DNA of 34,849 nt from Bdellovibrionales bacterium (GTDB taxonomy: Bacteria; Bdellovibrionota; Bdellovibrionia; Bdellovibrionales; UBA1609): NCBI GenBank assembly GCA_050246815.1, contig JBFWVI010000035.1:1-34849 (forward strand). Reading direction: 5' to 3'. The notes beneath the pieces were generated by a model, which saw only the letters and a program-made list of their open reading frames with translations, did not search any database and had not been told where the DNA came from. The translations under genes and the position numbers were made by a program. Shown in pieces: positions 8,341 through 18,665 of the stretch (positions are counted from its first letter, which is position 1; each line of letters starts with the position of its first letter).

Positions 8341-9048
8341 TCAGGCTTGACGAATGGCGAAGGTGCTTTCTTTTTTGCCGCCGAATCCGGTTTTGCTTTC
8401 AACCAGAAAGCCATTTTGTTTTAGCGCTCGTTTCAGGTTTCCGGTGGCGGCATAGGTGGCCAAGGCACATGACGGTGTGGTGTTTTGCGCCAGAAAGCCG
8501 GTTAGAAATTCTTGGCTCCATAAGTGCTCATCCATTTTGCGGCTGAATGCATCGTATAGAATAGCACTGTAGCGATCTTGGCAGGGCAAGTTGTCTGGAA
8601 ATGCCGCACGAACTTGCCATCGGCCTGAACTTCGCCATTCATTCAAGGTTTCGCGAACCTGGGGCAAGTTGAAGTGCTGGCAGGCGCGCGTTTCAATGTC
8701 TTGATAAGCCATCCGCCAAAGGCCCTCTTGGCCTTGCAGCCAAGCGGTGAACGGGGCGACTAAAGTTTGGTCAATTTCATAGGTGGTCATCCAAACTTTA
8801 GACTCTAAACCGGCCCGCAAAGCCAGGGCGGCAGTGATCAATTCGTTATAGCCAAGACCCAAACCAAGCGACATCACATGGGAGCCGGGCACATTCTGAA
8901 AGCTCCAGGTGATGGCCGGCTGATAAATATAGAGCGACTCGGCCATGGCGCCGCGAAAATGGTGCATTCGTTCGGTGACCCCATTCTCATAGGTGGTGAC
9001 AAGGGTGGGGGAGCCATCTTCGGTGGTATCGAGTTGGTGCTGAATCAT
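8341..9048 (-). CDS. Stand-alone MnmC-type (MnmD/MnmC2) tRNA mnm5s2U34 methyltransferase domain
   Basis: TEDGSPTL, HHFRGAMAESLYIY, SLGLGLGYN (SAM motif), LYDAFS, LATYAATG, GFGGKKE. Start ATG 9048 avoids overlap with the divergent gene. Confidence 0.8.
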   Translation of the reverse strand: MIQHQLDTTEDGSPTLVTTYENGVTERMHHFRGAMAESLYIYQPAITWSFQNVPGSHVMSLGLGLGYNELITAALALRAGLESKVWMTTYEIDQTLVAPFTAWLQGQEGLWRMAYQDIETRACQHFNLPQVRETLNEWRSSGRWQVRAAFPDNLPCQDRYSAILYDAFSRKMDEHLWSQEFLTGFLAQNTTPSCALATYAATGNLKRALKQNGFLVESKTGFGGKKESTFAIRQA

Positions 9049-9090
9049 ACGCTTGCCATCAGTGTTTAAAGTAGCTATCCAAGAAAGGCA

Positions 9091-10065
9091 ATGAACACCG
9101 GTACCACCGACTGGCAGGGACTGCCTTATTTTCCGATCAGCCAATTTTACAAAGAGCGCTTTGGCGAACGGGTGCGCAAAATTTCTGTCAGCGTGGCTGA
9201 AACCTGCCCCAATCGCGAAGGTTTAAGGGGCATGAAGACCTGCAACTTTTGCGATGCTTGGGGCTCGGCGGCCCATCCCGAAAAGAGCGACTTGGACGTG
9301 GCCGAGCAGATTCGCCAAGTGCGGGATCTGATGCGCCAACATTATCCGGCTAAGAAATTTTTGGTTTATTTTCAGGCCTACACCACCACCTTCGCCAAAA
9401 CGGCTGAGCTTCGCCGCCAGTTTGAAATCGCTTTTTCATTCACGGATGTGATTGGTGCCGTGGTGGGCACGCGTCCGGACTGCATTTCAGATGCGGTGTT
9501 GGATTTGTGGCGCGAGTATTCTGAGCGCTATTATTTATCGGTCGAAATGGGCGTGCAGTCGTTTTCTGAGGAACAATTGATTTGGATGCGGCGCGGGCAC
9601 ACGGCAAAACGCTCTATCGACGCCATCCACTGGATCAAGCGCGTGGTGCCCAAGGTGGACTTGAGCATTCATCTGATGTTCGGATTGCCGGGTGAAAGTG
9701 AGCAAGATGTTTTGGCGGCTGCCGAACAGTGCAATCAACTGCCGATCGACAGCGTGAAATTGCATAACCTGCATGTGTTGCGCAATACTCCCTTGGCGGA
9801 TGATTACGCCGCGGGTTTGTTTCAACCTGTTGGTAAGGAAGCGTATTTTCACCGTTGCAAATTGTTTCTGCAGCATTTGGATCCGCGTATCGCCGTTCAC
9901 CGTTTAGCGGCACTGTCGAATAAGCCTGGTGAACTGGTGGCTCCCGTATGGACCTCCTATAAAATGAGAACCTATCAAGAGTTTTTATCTTACATGCGTG
10001 AACAGAAGGCGCACCAGGGACAGCTGTGGGTGCCCGCAACGAATTCGCAGGTTCTGCCACTGTGA
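9091..10065 (+). CDS. TIGR01212 (YhcC/YtqA-like) radical SAM protein
   Basis: CPNREG...CNFC extended cysteine motif, YFQAYTTT, GTRPDC, VEMGVQS, RGHT, HLMFGLPGE, VKLHNLHVLRNT. Confidence 0.9.
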   Translation: MNTGTTDWQGLPYFPISQFYKERFGERVRKISVSVAETCPNREGLRGMKTCNFCDAWGSAAHPEKSDLDVAEQIRQVRDLMRQHYPAKKFLVYFQAYTTTFAKTAELRRQFEIAFSFTDVIGAVVGTRPDCISDAVLDLWREYSERYYLSVEMGVQSFSEEQLIWMRRGHTAKRSIDAIHWIKRVVPKVDLSIHLMFGLPGESEQDVLAAAEQCNQLPIDSVKLHNLHVLRNTPLADDYAAGLFQPVGKEAYFHRCKLFLQHLDPRIAVHRLAALSNKPGELVAPVWTSYKMRTYQEFLSYMREQKAHQGQLWVPATNSQVLPL

Positions 10066-10856
10066 AAAAAGTCTTATTTGTAATTTCGCTGATGCTAATT
10101 TGCAGTTTGGCTTGCACATCAAAAGAAAAGCGATTGGCCCAAAAGGTCGAGCAAGCGTCCGGACGATTGCAACATCTGTCGGCCTATAAACAAATCGACT
10201 GCCAAATTCGCGTCAAGTTAAGCGAGCCCACCAAAACGGCTTGGTTGAATCAGCTGACAAAAGATCAAAAATCATCAATGGCGAAGAGTTTAAAAAGCGT
10301 TCAAGGGAAGAAAAAACTTTTTTTAACCGTCGAATCTCAAGTTTTCAATTGGCGATCAACCCCTTACCGATGTCGACTGCTCAGTGAGCAGACCACCAAG
10401 CTTTCCACAGCTCAAGAACTGCTTTTGCGCGACACCGAAAAGAAGTTGGAGTCCGTGATGTGCGTTTGGATGCAGAGCTTTTACGCGGACTCGCCTTTAA
10501 GGGGGTGGCGTCAAAGCCGGGCTGTTTTGGAAGAAGTTGGCGAGCATGGCGTCCGTTTAGACCGTGGTTCAGATCGGGCGCTAGAGATTTTGAGCGGCGG
10601 AGAAAAAGTGACGGCCTACTTAGGAGTGACCGGCGGACAATTGACGGGTTTTTATCAAACCCTCAGCGATAAACTTTACCCGGTGCAGATCGAACAGCAA
10701 AAGGGGCAGACTTTAAATCGGTTACAGGAACTCAATTACATCGAGGATTTGGGCCGCCAAGTGCCGGCTAGCTTTTGGCTGAGCTTGCAGCAAGAGGGGC
10801 TAGCGCCGCCGTCGGCCTATATGTACGCACAATTTCACGATTGCAAATCTCGCTGA
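10062..10856 (+). CDS. Putative lipoprotein, unknown function
   Basis: GTG 10062 overlaps the upstream TGA (GTGA coupling). MKKVLFVISLMLICSLA-C has a lipobox. Confidence 0.7.
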   Translation: MKKVLFVISLMLICSLACTSKEKRLAQKVEQASGRLQHLSAYKQIDCQIRVKLSEPTKTAWLNQLTKDQKSSMAKSLKSVQGKKKLFLTVESQVFNWRSTPYRCRLLSEQTTKLSTAQELLLRDTEKKLESVMCVWMQSFYADSPLRGWRQSRAVLEEVGEHGVRLDRGSDRALEILSGGEKVTAYLGVTGGQLTGFYQTLSDKLYPVQIEQQKGQTLNRLQELNYIEDLGRQVPASFWLSLQQEGLAPPSAYMYAQFHDCKSR

Positions 10857-11891
10857 TTAGAGATGTGGTTTCACTCTGAGTTCATTGCCGCGCTTTTCAA
10901 TATCTAAAGGGAGCTCAATCAATTGGCCGTGGGGGATAGGTGCGGCCTCGCCGTCGCGTTTGAGCCAGGATAAAAATTCTCGGTGGGGCCCGCGGCAAAC
11001 AGCTTGGCGGGTTTTGCCCTTTTCATGAAGTGTGTCACCGATCACACGGGCGAGTATGGCGCCGTCAGAGTGAGCCAATTGAGGCGGTGTGCGTGAGGCG
11101 ATCAGGTAAGAGAAGGTCAACGTTTGATTGCGCATCGGCAGATGCGCTTCAAGCTCAGTCCACCATGAGGGGGGATCAAAGTGGATGCGGTCATGGCACC
11201 AATCGCGTTTGGATTCATTGAGCAAGGGGCATCCCTGCGGATGAGTGCAGGGCGCCCAGATGTGAAAACCATGATCGATCAAGTGTTGGCGGTACTCCAT
11301 CAGGCGTCGCCCCGCTTCTTGGGTCGAGGGTTCGACAATCACCAACTGCTCGGTCTGCTCCAATGCTTGGGGCCACACTTTCCACTCATTGAGGGCATAA
11401 GACGCGACCACCGAGGTTTTTTGTAAAGTCGGGTGCTGTTGAGTCCAATGGGTTGGAGCGTGCGCCGCACTTTTGGGCAGATGATTTAGAATTTGTTGAT
11501 GCAGCTCACACGGGACCGGAGACGTCTCCCAATTGGTCCATGGCGTTGGCGGCAAATGGGCCAACGCCGCTAAATGGGCTGTGCCGGGACCTGAGCCGAT
11601 ATCGACCACAGGCGCCTTCCAGGGCAATTGAAGTCGCTTGATTTCAGTGAAGACAGCGCACAAACGGGCGTAGTTCAGTGGCAAGAAATAACATAAATAC
11701 GCGGCTTGGCCCTGCGGGGTGCCCCAAGGCGTTGGCCCGGACTGCTGAATAAAGTGATCCGACATCTGCTGGACATAAGAAGCGAGTTCGCGCCAATTGC
11801 CCCAGAATTTCATCTGCAACAAAGTTTGTTGTAGCGCTTTTTGTAGGGGCTCCGGCACGCCGAACCGACGTTCGCGAATCAAGGATTTCAC
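10857..11891 (-). CDS. Rsm22/METTL17-family SAM-dependent methyltransferase
   Basis: AYLCYFLP, VDIGSGPGT, SYALNE, VIVEPST, WAPCTHPQGCPL...WCH, FSYL. Confidence 0.8.
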   Translation of the reverse strand: MKSLIRERRFGVPEPLQKALQQTLLQMKFWGNWRELASYVQQMSDHFIQQSGPTPWGTPQGQAAYLCYFLPLNYARLCAVFTEIKRLQLPWKAPVVDIGSGPGTAHLAALAHLPPTPWTNWETSPVPCELHQQILNHLPKSAAHAPTHWTQQHPTLQKTSVVASYALNEWKVWPQALEQTEQLVIVEPSTQEAGRRLMEYRQHLIDHGFHIWAPCTHPQGCPLLNESKRDWCHDRIHFDPPSWWTELEAHLPMRNQTLTFSYLIASRTPPQLAHSDGAILARVIGDTLHEKGKTRQAVCRGPHREFLSWLKRDGEAAPIPHGQLIELPLDIEKRGNELRVKPHL

Positions 11892-12943
11892 GGCGAAAGT
11901 TCCGAGCTTGTTCCGACCTTGAATTGGTTCAGAGCCTGAAGAACATCTTGGACCCGTATGCGGCCCATGGCGCGGGTTGGATCAACCAAGGCCTCGGCCT
12001 CAGTCGCAGGGGAAACCAAGGTGACGACCTGCTGGCCACGTGGTCCCCAGCGGGTCGGACGTTGCACGGGCAGTGGGCTGTAGAGACCGACGACGGGGGT
12101 TCCCAACGCTGCAGCCAAGTGCAAGACGCCGGTGCTGGGTGCGATCACGGCCTGTGCCGTCATCAGAATGGTCAGAAGTTGCGCTGAATTTAATTTTTCA
12201 TTGAGCCATATAACTTCAGATGAGGCGTGTGCCGCCAGGTTTTCTTGTAAGGGCTTTAGATGAGCGGCATCGGTCTTAGTACCGGTGATCACCACCGGCT
12301 TTATTTTGATCAGCTCTCGAATCAATTCAGCATAGCATGAGGTAGGCCAGTTCAAAGCTGACCCAGCCATGCCGGGATGAACCACATAGTACCCTTGCGC
12401 TGTTAAGGACCAATCCTGCAACAAGGCGGACGGTGCTTTTAAACGCAAAGGTTCCACCGCGGTCACAGAGGCCTGATGCACCTGTTCGGCGCGATTGAGG
12501 GTGGGGCGCATCAACCCTGTTTGTAGCAGGGTCAAATTGTCATCAGTTTCGTGTCGTTGGCCGCCTTTACGGCTTTGGCGTACGCCCCGATTGAAGAACA
12601 AAAAAGAGTGCCATTGGCTCACTCGACCCACACGGGTTGGCACTTGTGCGATCCAAAGCGCAAGTCCAATCCACCAAGGGGCATACAAAACCACTGCCGC
12701 ATAAAAATTCTGTGCGCGCAACCAGCGTACCAAGGTGAACAAATTGCGCCATGAAAAACCCTTTGGCATTTCAAAAAAACGGCGCGGTGGAACGGCCGCC
12801 GCTGCGATGAATCCGGTTCCTTGACTCACCAGCCAGGTGACGTCGGCCATGGTGGCGATCGGGGCCTGGTCGACGGGTAAGCTCAAGACCAAGTCGCCCA
12901 GCTTATCCATTCGCACCAAAAGCAGTTTTTGCTGTCGAGTCAT
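11888..12943 (-). CDS. Glycosyltransferase family 9 (heptosyltransferase-like)
   Basis: LLVRMDKLGDLVLSLP, VVHPG, NWP, STGVLHLAAALGTPVVGLY, RWGP. Start is ATG 12943 or TTG 12952. Confidence 0.88.
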   Translation of the reverse strand: MTRQQKLLLVRMDKLGDLVLSLPVDQAPIATMADVTWLVSQGTGFIAAAAVPPRRFFEMPKGFSWRNLFTLVRWLRAQNFYAAVVLYAPWWIGLALWIAQVPTRVGRVSQWHSFLFFNRGVRQSRKGGQRHETDDNLTLLQTGLMRPTLNRAEQVHQASVTAVEPLRLKAPSALLQDWSLTAQGYYVVHPGMAGSALNWPTSCYAELIRELIKIKPVVITGTKTDAAHLKPLQENLAAHASSEVIWLNEKLNSAQLLTILMTAQAVIAPSTGVLHLAAALGTPVVGLYSPLPVQRPTRWGPRGQQVVTLVSPATEAEALVDPTRAMGRIRVQDVLQALNQFKVGTSSELSP

Positions 12944-12999
12944 AGGGTTCAATATGGCATGGGTTGCCTATCCCCACAATCCTGTTTATAGTTCCCTGC

Positions 13000-13650
13000 A
13001 TGAATCCCAGCGATGTGAAGGCCGCGATGGTCGCTTCTTGCCGACGACTTTATGACCGCAATTGTTTGGCGGCTGCGGATGGCAATATTTCTGTGCGTTT
13101 AAGTGATGAACAGATATTGATCACACCTTCGGGCGTGGCCAAGGCTTTTATGAATCCCGGGCAGATGGCTGTTATGACTTTGAGCGGTCAGGTGCTGCAA
13201 GGTGAGCCCTCGGGTGAGCGACAAATGCATCTGGCCGTGTACCGAAATTGTCCCAATGCCAGGGCTGTGGTGCATGCCCATCCCCCGCACGCGATCGCCT
13301 GGTCTGTGATTGAACCTCGTCATAGCGAACTGCCCAATGATATTTTATCTGAAGTTGTTTTGGCGGCAGGGCGCATTCCGATCGTGCCTTATGCACGTCC
13401 CACGACTGTTGATATGGGGACGCAGCTTGAACCTTTTTTACCGAACCATCGTCTGATGATTCTGGAGCGCCATGGCGCTTTGGCTTGGGGTGAGTCACTT
13501 GAGGAAGCCACCAATGGTTTGGAGCGCTTGGAGCATTCGGCGCAAATTCTGTGGTTGGCAAGTTGTTTGGGGCCAATGCGCCCATTGCCCGCGGCTGAGT
13601 TCGAAGGGTTGCAAAAAATGCGCGCGAAAATCGGGGAGCGCTTACTGTGA
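13000..13650 (+). CDS. Class II aldolase/adducin family; probable methylthio-/5-deoxy-ribulose-1-phosphate aldolase (Ald2-like)
   Basis: DGNISVR, ITPSG, PSGERQMH, VVHAHP, RHGALAWG. Coupled to mtnA. Start ATG 13000. Confidence 0.75.
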   Translation: MNPSDVKAAMVASCRRLYDRNCLAAADGNISVRLSDEQILITPSGVAKAFMNPGQMAVMTLSGQVLQGEPSGERQMHLAVYRNCPNARAVVHAHPPHAIAWSVIEPRHSELPNDILSEVVLAAGRIPIVPYARPTTVDMGTQLEPFLPNHRLMILERHGALAWGESLEEATNGLERLEHSAQILWLASCLGPMRPLPAAEFEGLQKMRAKIGERLL

Positions 13651-14657
13651 AGCCTCTGATTTCGATGGCGCTTAAGTCTTCATCTGAAGGCTTATTTATT
13701 TTAGATCAAAGTCTGCTGCCCAAAGCAGAAAAATGGCTCAAGATTCAAGGTCCGGATGAAATGATTGAGGCAATCAAAGCTTTGCGCGTGCGTGGCGCTC
13801 CTTTGATCGGCGTTGCGGCGGCCTTGACTGTGGCCCATTATTCTTTAACAGAAGCTCGGCCCGAGCGCTGGTTAGACGCCATCAAGGCACTACGTGAAGC
13901 TCGGCCGACTGCGGTCAATTTGATGAAGGCGATGGACCGTCTGCGCCATTTGGTTGAAGCGCGCTTGTCAGGTGAAGAGATTCGCGCAGAGGCTGAAGAA
14001 ATTTATCTCGAAGATCAAAAATTGTGTGATCGTATCGCCGAACAGGGCGTCCAAGTTTTGCAAGACGGCGACGCGGTTTTAACCCATTGTAACACCGGCG
14101 GGTTGGCCACTGCGGGTGTCGGTACCGCTTTAGGTGTCATTCAAAAAGCCCATCAAATGGGGCGTCAGATTCAAGTTTGGGTCGATGAAACTAGGCCCTT
14201 ATTGCAAGGGGCGCGCTTGACCGCCTGGGAATTGGAAAAGCTCGAAATTCCCTACACTTTGATTTGCGACAATATGGCCGCAATGTTGATGGCACAAGGT
14301 CGGGTTCACAAAATTATCGTAGGCTCGGACCGAATTGCGGCCAACGGAGACTTCGCCAATAAGATCGGAACTTACAGTCTTGCGGTGAATGCGCAATATC
14401 ACCGTGTGCCCTTTTATGTGGCCGCTCCGCGCACAACGGTGGACCCAGACTGTCTAACCGGGGCGCAAATTCCGATCGAGGAGCGAGACGGACAAGAAGT
14501 GCGCGGTTTTGATCAAACTCAGTGGGCGCCGAACAGCTCGGTTTTCAATCCTGCTTTCGATGTAACACCTGCGCTGTTGGTGCACGGCTGGATTCTGGAC
14601 GATGGCTTTTTTAAACCTGTCGATGTCAAAGCGGGTGTCTTTCAAAGGAGCACATAA
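13647..14657 (+). CDS. mtnA: S-methyl-5-thioribose-1-phosphate isomerase
   Basis: LRVRGAPLIG, RPTAVNL, LTHCNTGGLAT, DETRPLLQGARLTAWEL, NKIGTY, NPAFDVTP. Confidence 0.95.
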   Translation: MKPLISMALKSSSEGLFILDQSLLPKAEKWLKIQGPDEMIEAIKALRVRGAPLIGVAAALTVAHYSLTEARPERWLDAIKALREARPTAVNLMKAMDRLRHLVEARLSGEEIRAEAEEIYLEDQKLCDRIAEQGVQVLQDGDAVLTHCNTGGLATAGVGTALGVIQKAHQMGRQIQVWVDETRPLLQGARLTAWELEKLEIPYTLICDNMAAMLMAQGRVHKIIVGSDRIAANGDFANKIGTYSLAVNAQYHRVPFYVAAPRTTVDPDCLTGAQIPIEERDGQEVRGFDQTQWAPNSSVFNPAFDVTPALLVHGWILDDGFFKPVDVKAGVFQRST

Positions 14658-14658
14658 T

Positions 14659-15507
14659 ATGTGGGCGATTATCGGCGGTTCCGGCTTTGAAAAGTTTGAT
14701 AGTTTTGAAACGGTTGCAGCACTAGAAAGACAAACTCCTTTTGGTCAGGCTTCAACAGGGCTGAAAAAGGTCAGGGTCGGTCAAGAAGAGTGTTTGTTTT
14801 TGTCCCGTCACGGTGAAAACCACGAGCGGCTGCCCAGTGAAGTGAATTACCGAGCGAATATTTTCGCGCTGAAGCAGCATGGGGCCAAAGCCATTCTCTC
14901 GTTTTCGGCGGTCGGAAGCTTGCGCCAGGAGTTAAGACCCGGAGATATGGTGATTCCTACTCAATACATTGACCGCACAAAGGGTGTCCGTCGCCCCAGT
15001 TTCTGCGGCGATGGTGTTGTAGGGCATGTGAGTTTGGCCAAACCGGTGTGTGAAACCATGGCCGCGCGGACTTTGCAGCTGGCCGAAAGCCAGGATTGGC
15101 AGAGCCATTTGGGGCAAACTTATGTTTGCATCGAAGGCCCGTATTTTTCGACAATGGCTGAAAGCCACCATTATCGCGAGATCAAAGCAGATATTATCGG
15201 CATGACTAACTTTCCCGAATTTGCGTTGGCTCGTGAGGCCGGTTTAAGTTATTTGCCCTGCTGTTTTGTCACGGATTATGACTGTTGGGACACTTCGCGT
15301 CCCCATGTCACTTTGGATGAGGTGCTGACCGTCATGCGCCAGAACAATCGCAAGGCATTCGCTATGGCACAATCCGTATTGTCTCAATCCGAGACGCTGC
15401 TTAAAGATTGTGATTGCGGGACGCAAGGTTTGGCGGCGGGACTGATGACGCCGTTTGAATCTTTGTCGCCCGAGACAAAAGCATGGCTTGAAGTGTTGAT
15501 GCGTTAG
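14659..15507 (+). CDS. mtnP: MTA/5'-deoxyadenosine phosphorylase (MTAP family)
   Basis: AIIGGSG, TPFG, FLSRHG, VNYRANIFALK, IEGPYFST, IGMTNFPE, VTDYDCW. RBS AAGGAG before ATG 14659. Confidence 0.92.
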   Translation: MWAIIGGSGFEKFDSFETVAALERQTPFGQASTGLKKVRVGQEECLFLSRHGENHERLPSEVNYRANIFALKQHGAKAILSFSAVGSLRQELRPGDMVIPTQYIDRTKGVRRPSFCGDGVVGHVSLAKPVCETMAARTLQLAESQDWQSHLGQTYVCIEGPYFSTMAESHHYREIKADIIGMTNFPEFALAREAGLSYLPCCFVTDYDCWDTSRPHVTLDEVLTVMRQNNRKAFAMAQSVLSQSETLLKDCDCGTQGLAAGLMTPFESLSPETKAWLEVLMR

Positions 15508-15580
15508 ACACTTTTTGCAGATTCTCTCATTTCTCGCCTTGATTCTGCAGCCTGATCAAGGTCCAGCCGAAGAGTCCTAT

Positions 15581-15754
15581 GTGAATAAACGAAGGACGTT
15601 GGCCGTGAAAAATAGCGAAGAAAAAACCCATAAGATTTTTCCCCTTAAAAAAAGCATGGACAAAAAAAGCTGGAAGTTCAACTTGCAGCGTCCGCATCAC
15701 GACCTGGCGTCCGTGGTTACAGCAGGGACGCCCCGACGTAAACCGGCGGCCTAG
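15581..15754 (+). CDS. Possible small basic protein (57 aa, or 49 aa from GTG 15605)
   Basis: Fills the mtnP-gcvP gap. GCCGAAGA (15566-15573) resembles a sigma28 -10 box. AAGGA precedes GTG 15605. Confidence 0.35.
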   Translation: MNKRRTLAVKNSEEKTHKIFPLKKSMDKKSWKFNLQRPHHDLASVVTAGTPRRKPAA

Positions 15755-15775
15755 AGTAAGTGGGGCTTTAATAAT

Positions 15776-18640
15776 TTATTGGTAAGCTTCTAGCGGCAAA
15801 CAACTACACACCAGATTTTTGTCGCCATAGGCATTGTCAACTCGACTGACCGCGGGCCAAAACTTTCTGGTTTTCAACCAGTTCAATGGATAAGCCGCTT
15901 TCTCTCGAGTGTACTTGTGATTCCAGTTGTCACTAAGCAAATGGGTCACGGTGTGGGGTGCATTTTTGAGCACGTTGTCTTCGCGATCAGCATGGCCTTT
16001 TTCAATCTCGCCTATTTCGAGGCGAATTTGGATCATGGCTTCAATAAAACGATCCAGCTCAGCTTTGCTTTCGCTTTCGGTGGGTTCCACCATGAGAGTT
16101 CCCGGCACAGGCCATGACATGGTCGGAGCGTGAAAGCCATAGTCCATCAAGCGCTTGGCCACATCATCCACGCCGATACCTGAAGAATTTTTTAGCGGTC
16201 GCAGATCCAAAATGCATTCATGGGCCACACGGCCATTGTGATTGGCATAAAGAGTGGGGAAGTGAGGCTCTAATTTTTTGGCAATGTAGTTGGCGTTTAA
16301 GATGGCCACTTCTGAGGCGGTCTTTAAGCCGTCGGCCCCCATCATCGCAATGTAGGCCCACGAAATCGGCAAAATACTGGCGCTACCCCAAGGTGCCGCA
16401 CTCACTGCGCTGATACCTTCGCTGGGTCCGCAAGCAGGGACTAAAGAATGTTTGGGCAGGAAGGGCGCCAAGTGTTCGGCCACCCCGATCGGGCCGACCC
16501 CTGGGCCACCACCCCCGTGGGGGATGCAGAACGTCTTATGCAGATTCATGTGTGAAACATCCGCGCCAAAGCGCGCGGGTTGGCACAAGCCCACCATCGC
16601 ATTTAAGTTGGCACCGTCCATATAGACTTGGCCACCATGTTCATGGACGATTTTGCAAATTTCGGTGATCGACTCTTCAAACACACCATGGGTTGAGGGA
16701 TAGGTGACCATCAGCGCGCCCAATTGGTCGCGGTTTTGCCCGGCTTTTGCTTTCAGATCGGTTAAATCAATATTGCCAAGGTCGTCACATTGAACAACCA
16801 CAACTTTGAAACCCGCCATGACCGCGCTCGCGGGGTTGGTGCCGTGGGCTGAGCTTGGAATCAGGCAGACATTTCGACCAGTCTGGCCTTTGTTTTCCAA
16901 ATAGCGACGAATCACCAAAAGGCCAGCGTATTCCCCTTGCGAGCCTGCATTGGGCTGTAGGGAGACCGCGCTAAAACCGGTCAGTTCACAAAGCCAATGT
17001 TCTAGTTGTGAGATCAGCTCCAGATAGCCTTGGGCTTGCTCAAGCGGAGCAAACGGATGAATTTGACCGATTTCAGGCCAAGTCACAGGAATCATTTCAG
17101 CCGTGGCGTTTAATTTCATTGTGCAAGACCCAAGCGGGATCATGGCTTGGTTCAAAGCTAGATCTTTCATCTCAAGGCGATGAATGTAACGTAGCATTTC
17201 AGTTTCTGAATGGTACAGGTTGAAGACAGCGGCAGTTAAGCAAGGGCTTTGTCGATCCAATGTGGAGTCCCAAGTGGCATCGCGTGCAGACAAAGAGTCC
17301 AAACTCAAATTCTGGTTGGCCTTAATGGATCCAGAGACGACTTGCGAGAAGAGTTGCAGTAAATCTTCCAGGTCGGCCTCGGTTTTAGTTTCATCCCACG
17401 CCACACTGATGACTTCGGGGCTTGGGCGTCCGACATTCATTTCGCGGGCCCAGGTTTTCGCTTGCAAACTGTCGGCCATCGCTTTGGGCATTTGTACTTG
17501 AACGGTGTCGAAGAAGTTTTCGCTCACTAAACGGAGACCCAGGCGTTTAAGCCCGGTTGCAAAAAGGCGGGCCAAGTTGTTCACGCGTGCGGCGATTTGG
17601 CGTAATCCTTCTGGACCGTGATAAATGGCGTACATTGAAGCCATCACGGCTAACAAAACCTGGGCCGTGCAGATATTGCTGGTCGCCTTTTCGCGCCGAA
17701 TATGTTGCTCACGAGTTTGTAAGGCCAAGCGAAGCGCTGGGTGGCCCTCACTGTCTTTGGAAACCCCGATGATTCGGCCGGGCATCAAACGTTTGAATTC
17801 TTCTTTTGTCGCCAAAAAGGCAGCATGCGGGCCACCAAATCCCATCGGCACGCCAAAACGCTGGCTGCTGCCAACCACGACGTCCGCACCCATTTCGCCC
17901 GGGGCCTTGAGCAGGCACAGGCTTAAAAGATCGGTGGCCACAATCGACAAAACTCCTGCGGCTTGAGCCTTTTTTAAGATGGGGGTGGGGTCGGTTACCG
18001 CACCGTTGGCGCCCGGATACTGTAACAAAAGAGCAAAGGTTTGCTCGGTGAAATGCGCGGCGGATAAGGTGCCAACTTCCAACTTTATGCCCAAGGGTTC
18101 GGCGCGAGTGCGTAGCACTTCCAGCGTTTGCGGAAAGACATTCTCATCGACAAACAAGACGTCGGCATTTTTCTTTTTGGTCGCCGCATGACACAGTACC
18201 ATGGCCTCGGCCGCAGCGGTCCCTTCATCAAGCAAAGAGGCATTGGCGATCGGCATGGAGGTCATTTCCATGATCATCGTTTGGAAATTCAAAAGAGCTT
18301 CCATGCGGCCTTGAGAGATTTCCGCCTGATAGGGGGTATAGGCTGTGTACCAACCAGGATTTTCAAGAACGTTTCGTAAAATCACCGGCGGAGTGTGGCA
18401 GTCGTAGTAACCCATGCCGATGAAGGACTTGAACACCCGGTTTTTATTCGCAACGGTACGGGCATAACCTAAGAATTCAGATTCAGACAGGGCCGCCGGC
18501 AAGTCCACCTTCGGCCGGTGCAAGATAGCTTTGGGCACAGTTTCTTCGATCAGTTGATTTAAGGAATTCAGTCCCAGATCCTTCAACATCATTTGTTGAT
18601 CTTGAAGGTTTGGGCCAACGTGGCGGCGAACGAAATTCAT
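15776..18640 (-). CDS. gcvP: Glycine dehydrogenase (decarboxylating), P protein
   Basis: [60 protein letters not shown]. Start ATG 18640. Confidence 0.97.
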   Translation of the reverse strand: MNFVRRHVGPNLQDQQMMLKDLGLNSLNQLIEETVPKAILHRPKVDLPAALSESEFLGYARTVANKNRVFKSFIGMGYYDCHTPPVILRNVLENPGWYTAYTPYQAEISQGRMEALLNFQTMIMEMTSMPIANASLLDEGTAAAEAMVLCHAATKKKNADVLFVDENVFPQTLEVLRTRAEPLGIKLEVGTLSAAHFTEQTFALLLQYPGANGAVTDPTPILKKAQAAGVLSIVATDLLSLCLLKAPGEMGADVVVGSSQRFGVPMGFGGPHAAFLATKEEFKRLMPGRIIGVSKDSEGHPALRLALQTREQHIRREKATSNICTAQVLLAVMASMYAIYHGPEGLRQIAARVNNLARLFATGLKRLGLRLVSENFFDTVQVQMPKAMADSLQAKTWAREMNVGRPSPEVISVAWDETKTEADLEDLLQLFSQVVSGSIKANQNLSLDSLSARDATWDSTLDRQSPCLTAAVFNLYHSETEMLRYIHRLEMKDLALNQAMIPLGSCTMKLNATAEMIPVTWPEIGQIHPFAPLEQAQGYLELISQLEHWLCELTGFSAVSLQPNAGSQGEYAGLLVIRRYLENKGQTGRNVCLIPSSAHGTNPASAVMAGFKVVVVQCDDLGNIDLTDLKAKAGQNRDQLGALMVTYPSTHGVFEESITEICKIVHEHGGQVYMDGANLNAMVGLCQPARFGADVSHMNLHKTFCIPHGGGGPGVGPIGVAEHLAPFLPKHSLVPACGPSEGISAVSAAPWGSASILPISWAYIAMMGADGLKTASEVAILNANYIAKKLEPHFPTLYANHNGRVAHECILDLRPLKNSSGIGVDDVAKRLMDYGFHAPTMSWPVPGTLMVEPTESESKAELDRFIEAMIQIRLEIGEIEKGHADREDNVLKNAPHTVTHLLSDNWNHKYTREKAAYPLNWLKTRKFWPAVSRVDNAYGDKNLVCSCLPLEAYQ

Positions 18641-18665
18641 GCCGTGCCCCTGCTGTGATTGAAAT

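Noticed and set aside
9049..9144. Apparent head-to-head overlap of the methyltransferase and radical SAM genes (similar long overlaps at 10026, 14602, 18712, 33349)
   Set aside because: Artefact of longest-ORF start choice. Downstream starts with an RBS or stop-start coupling remove the overlaps.
13000..13650. mtnB dehydratase or fucA assignment
   Set aside because: There are no fucose genes or downstream mtnC/D genes in the window, and the motifs look generic class II aldolase. No symbol is given because MtnB cannot be fully excluded.
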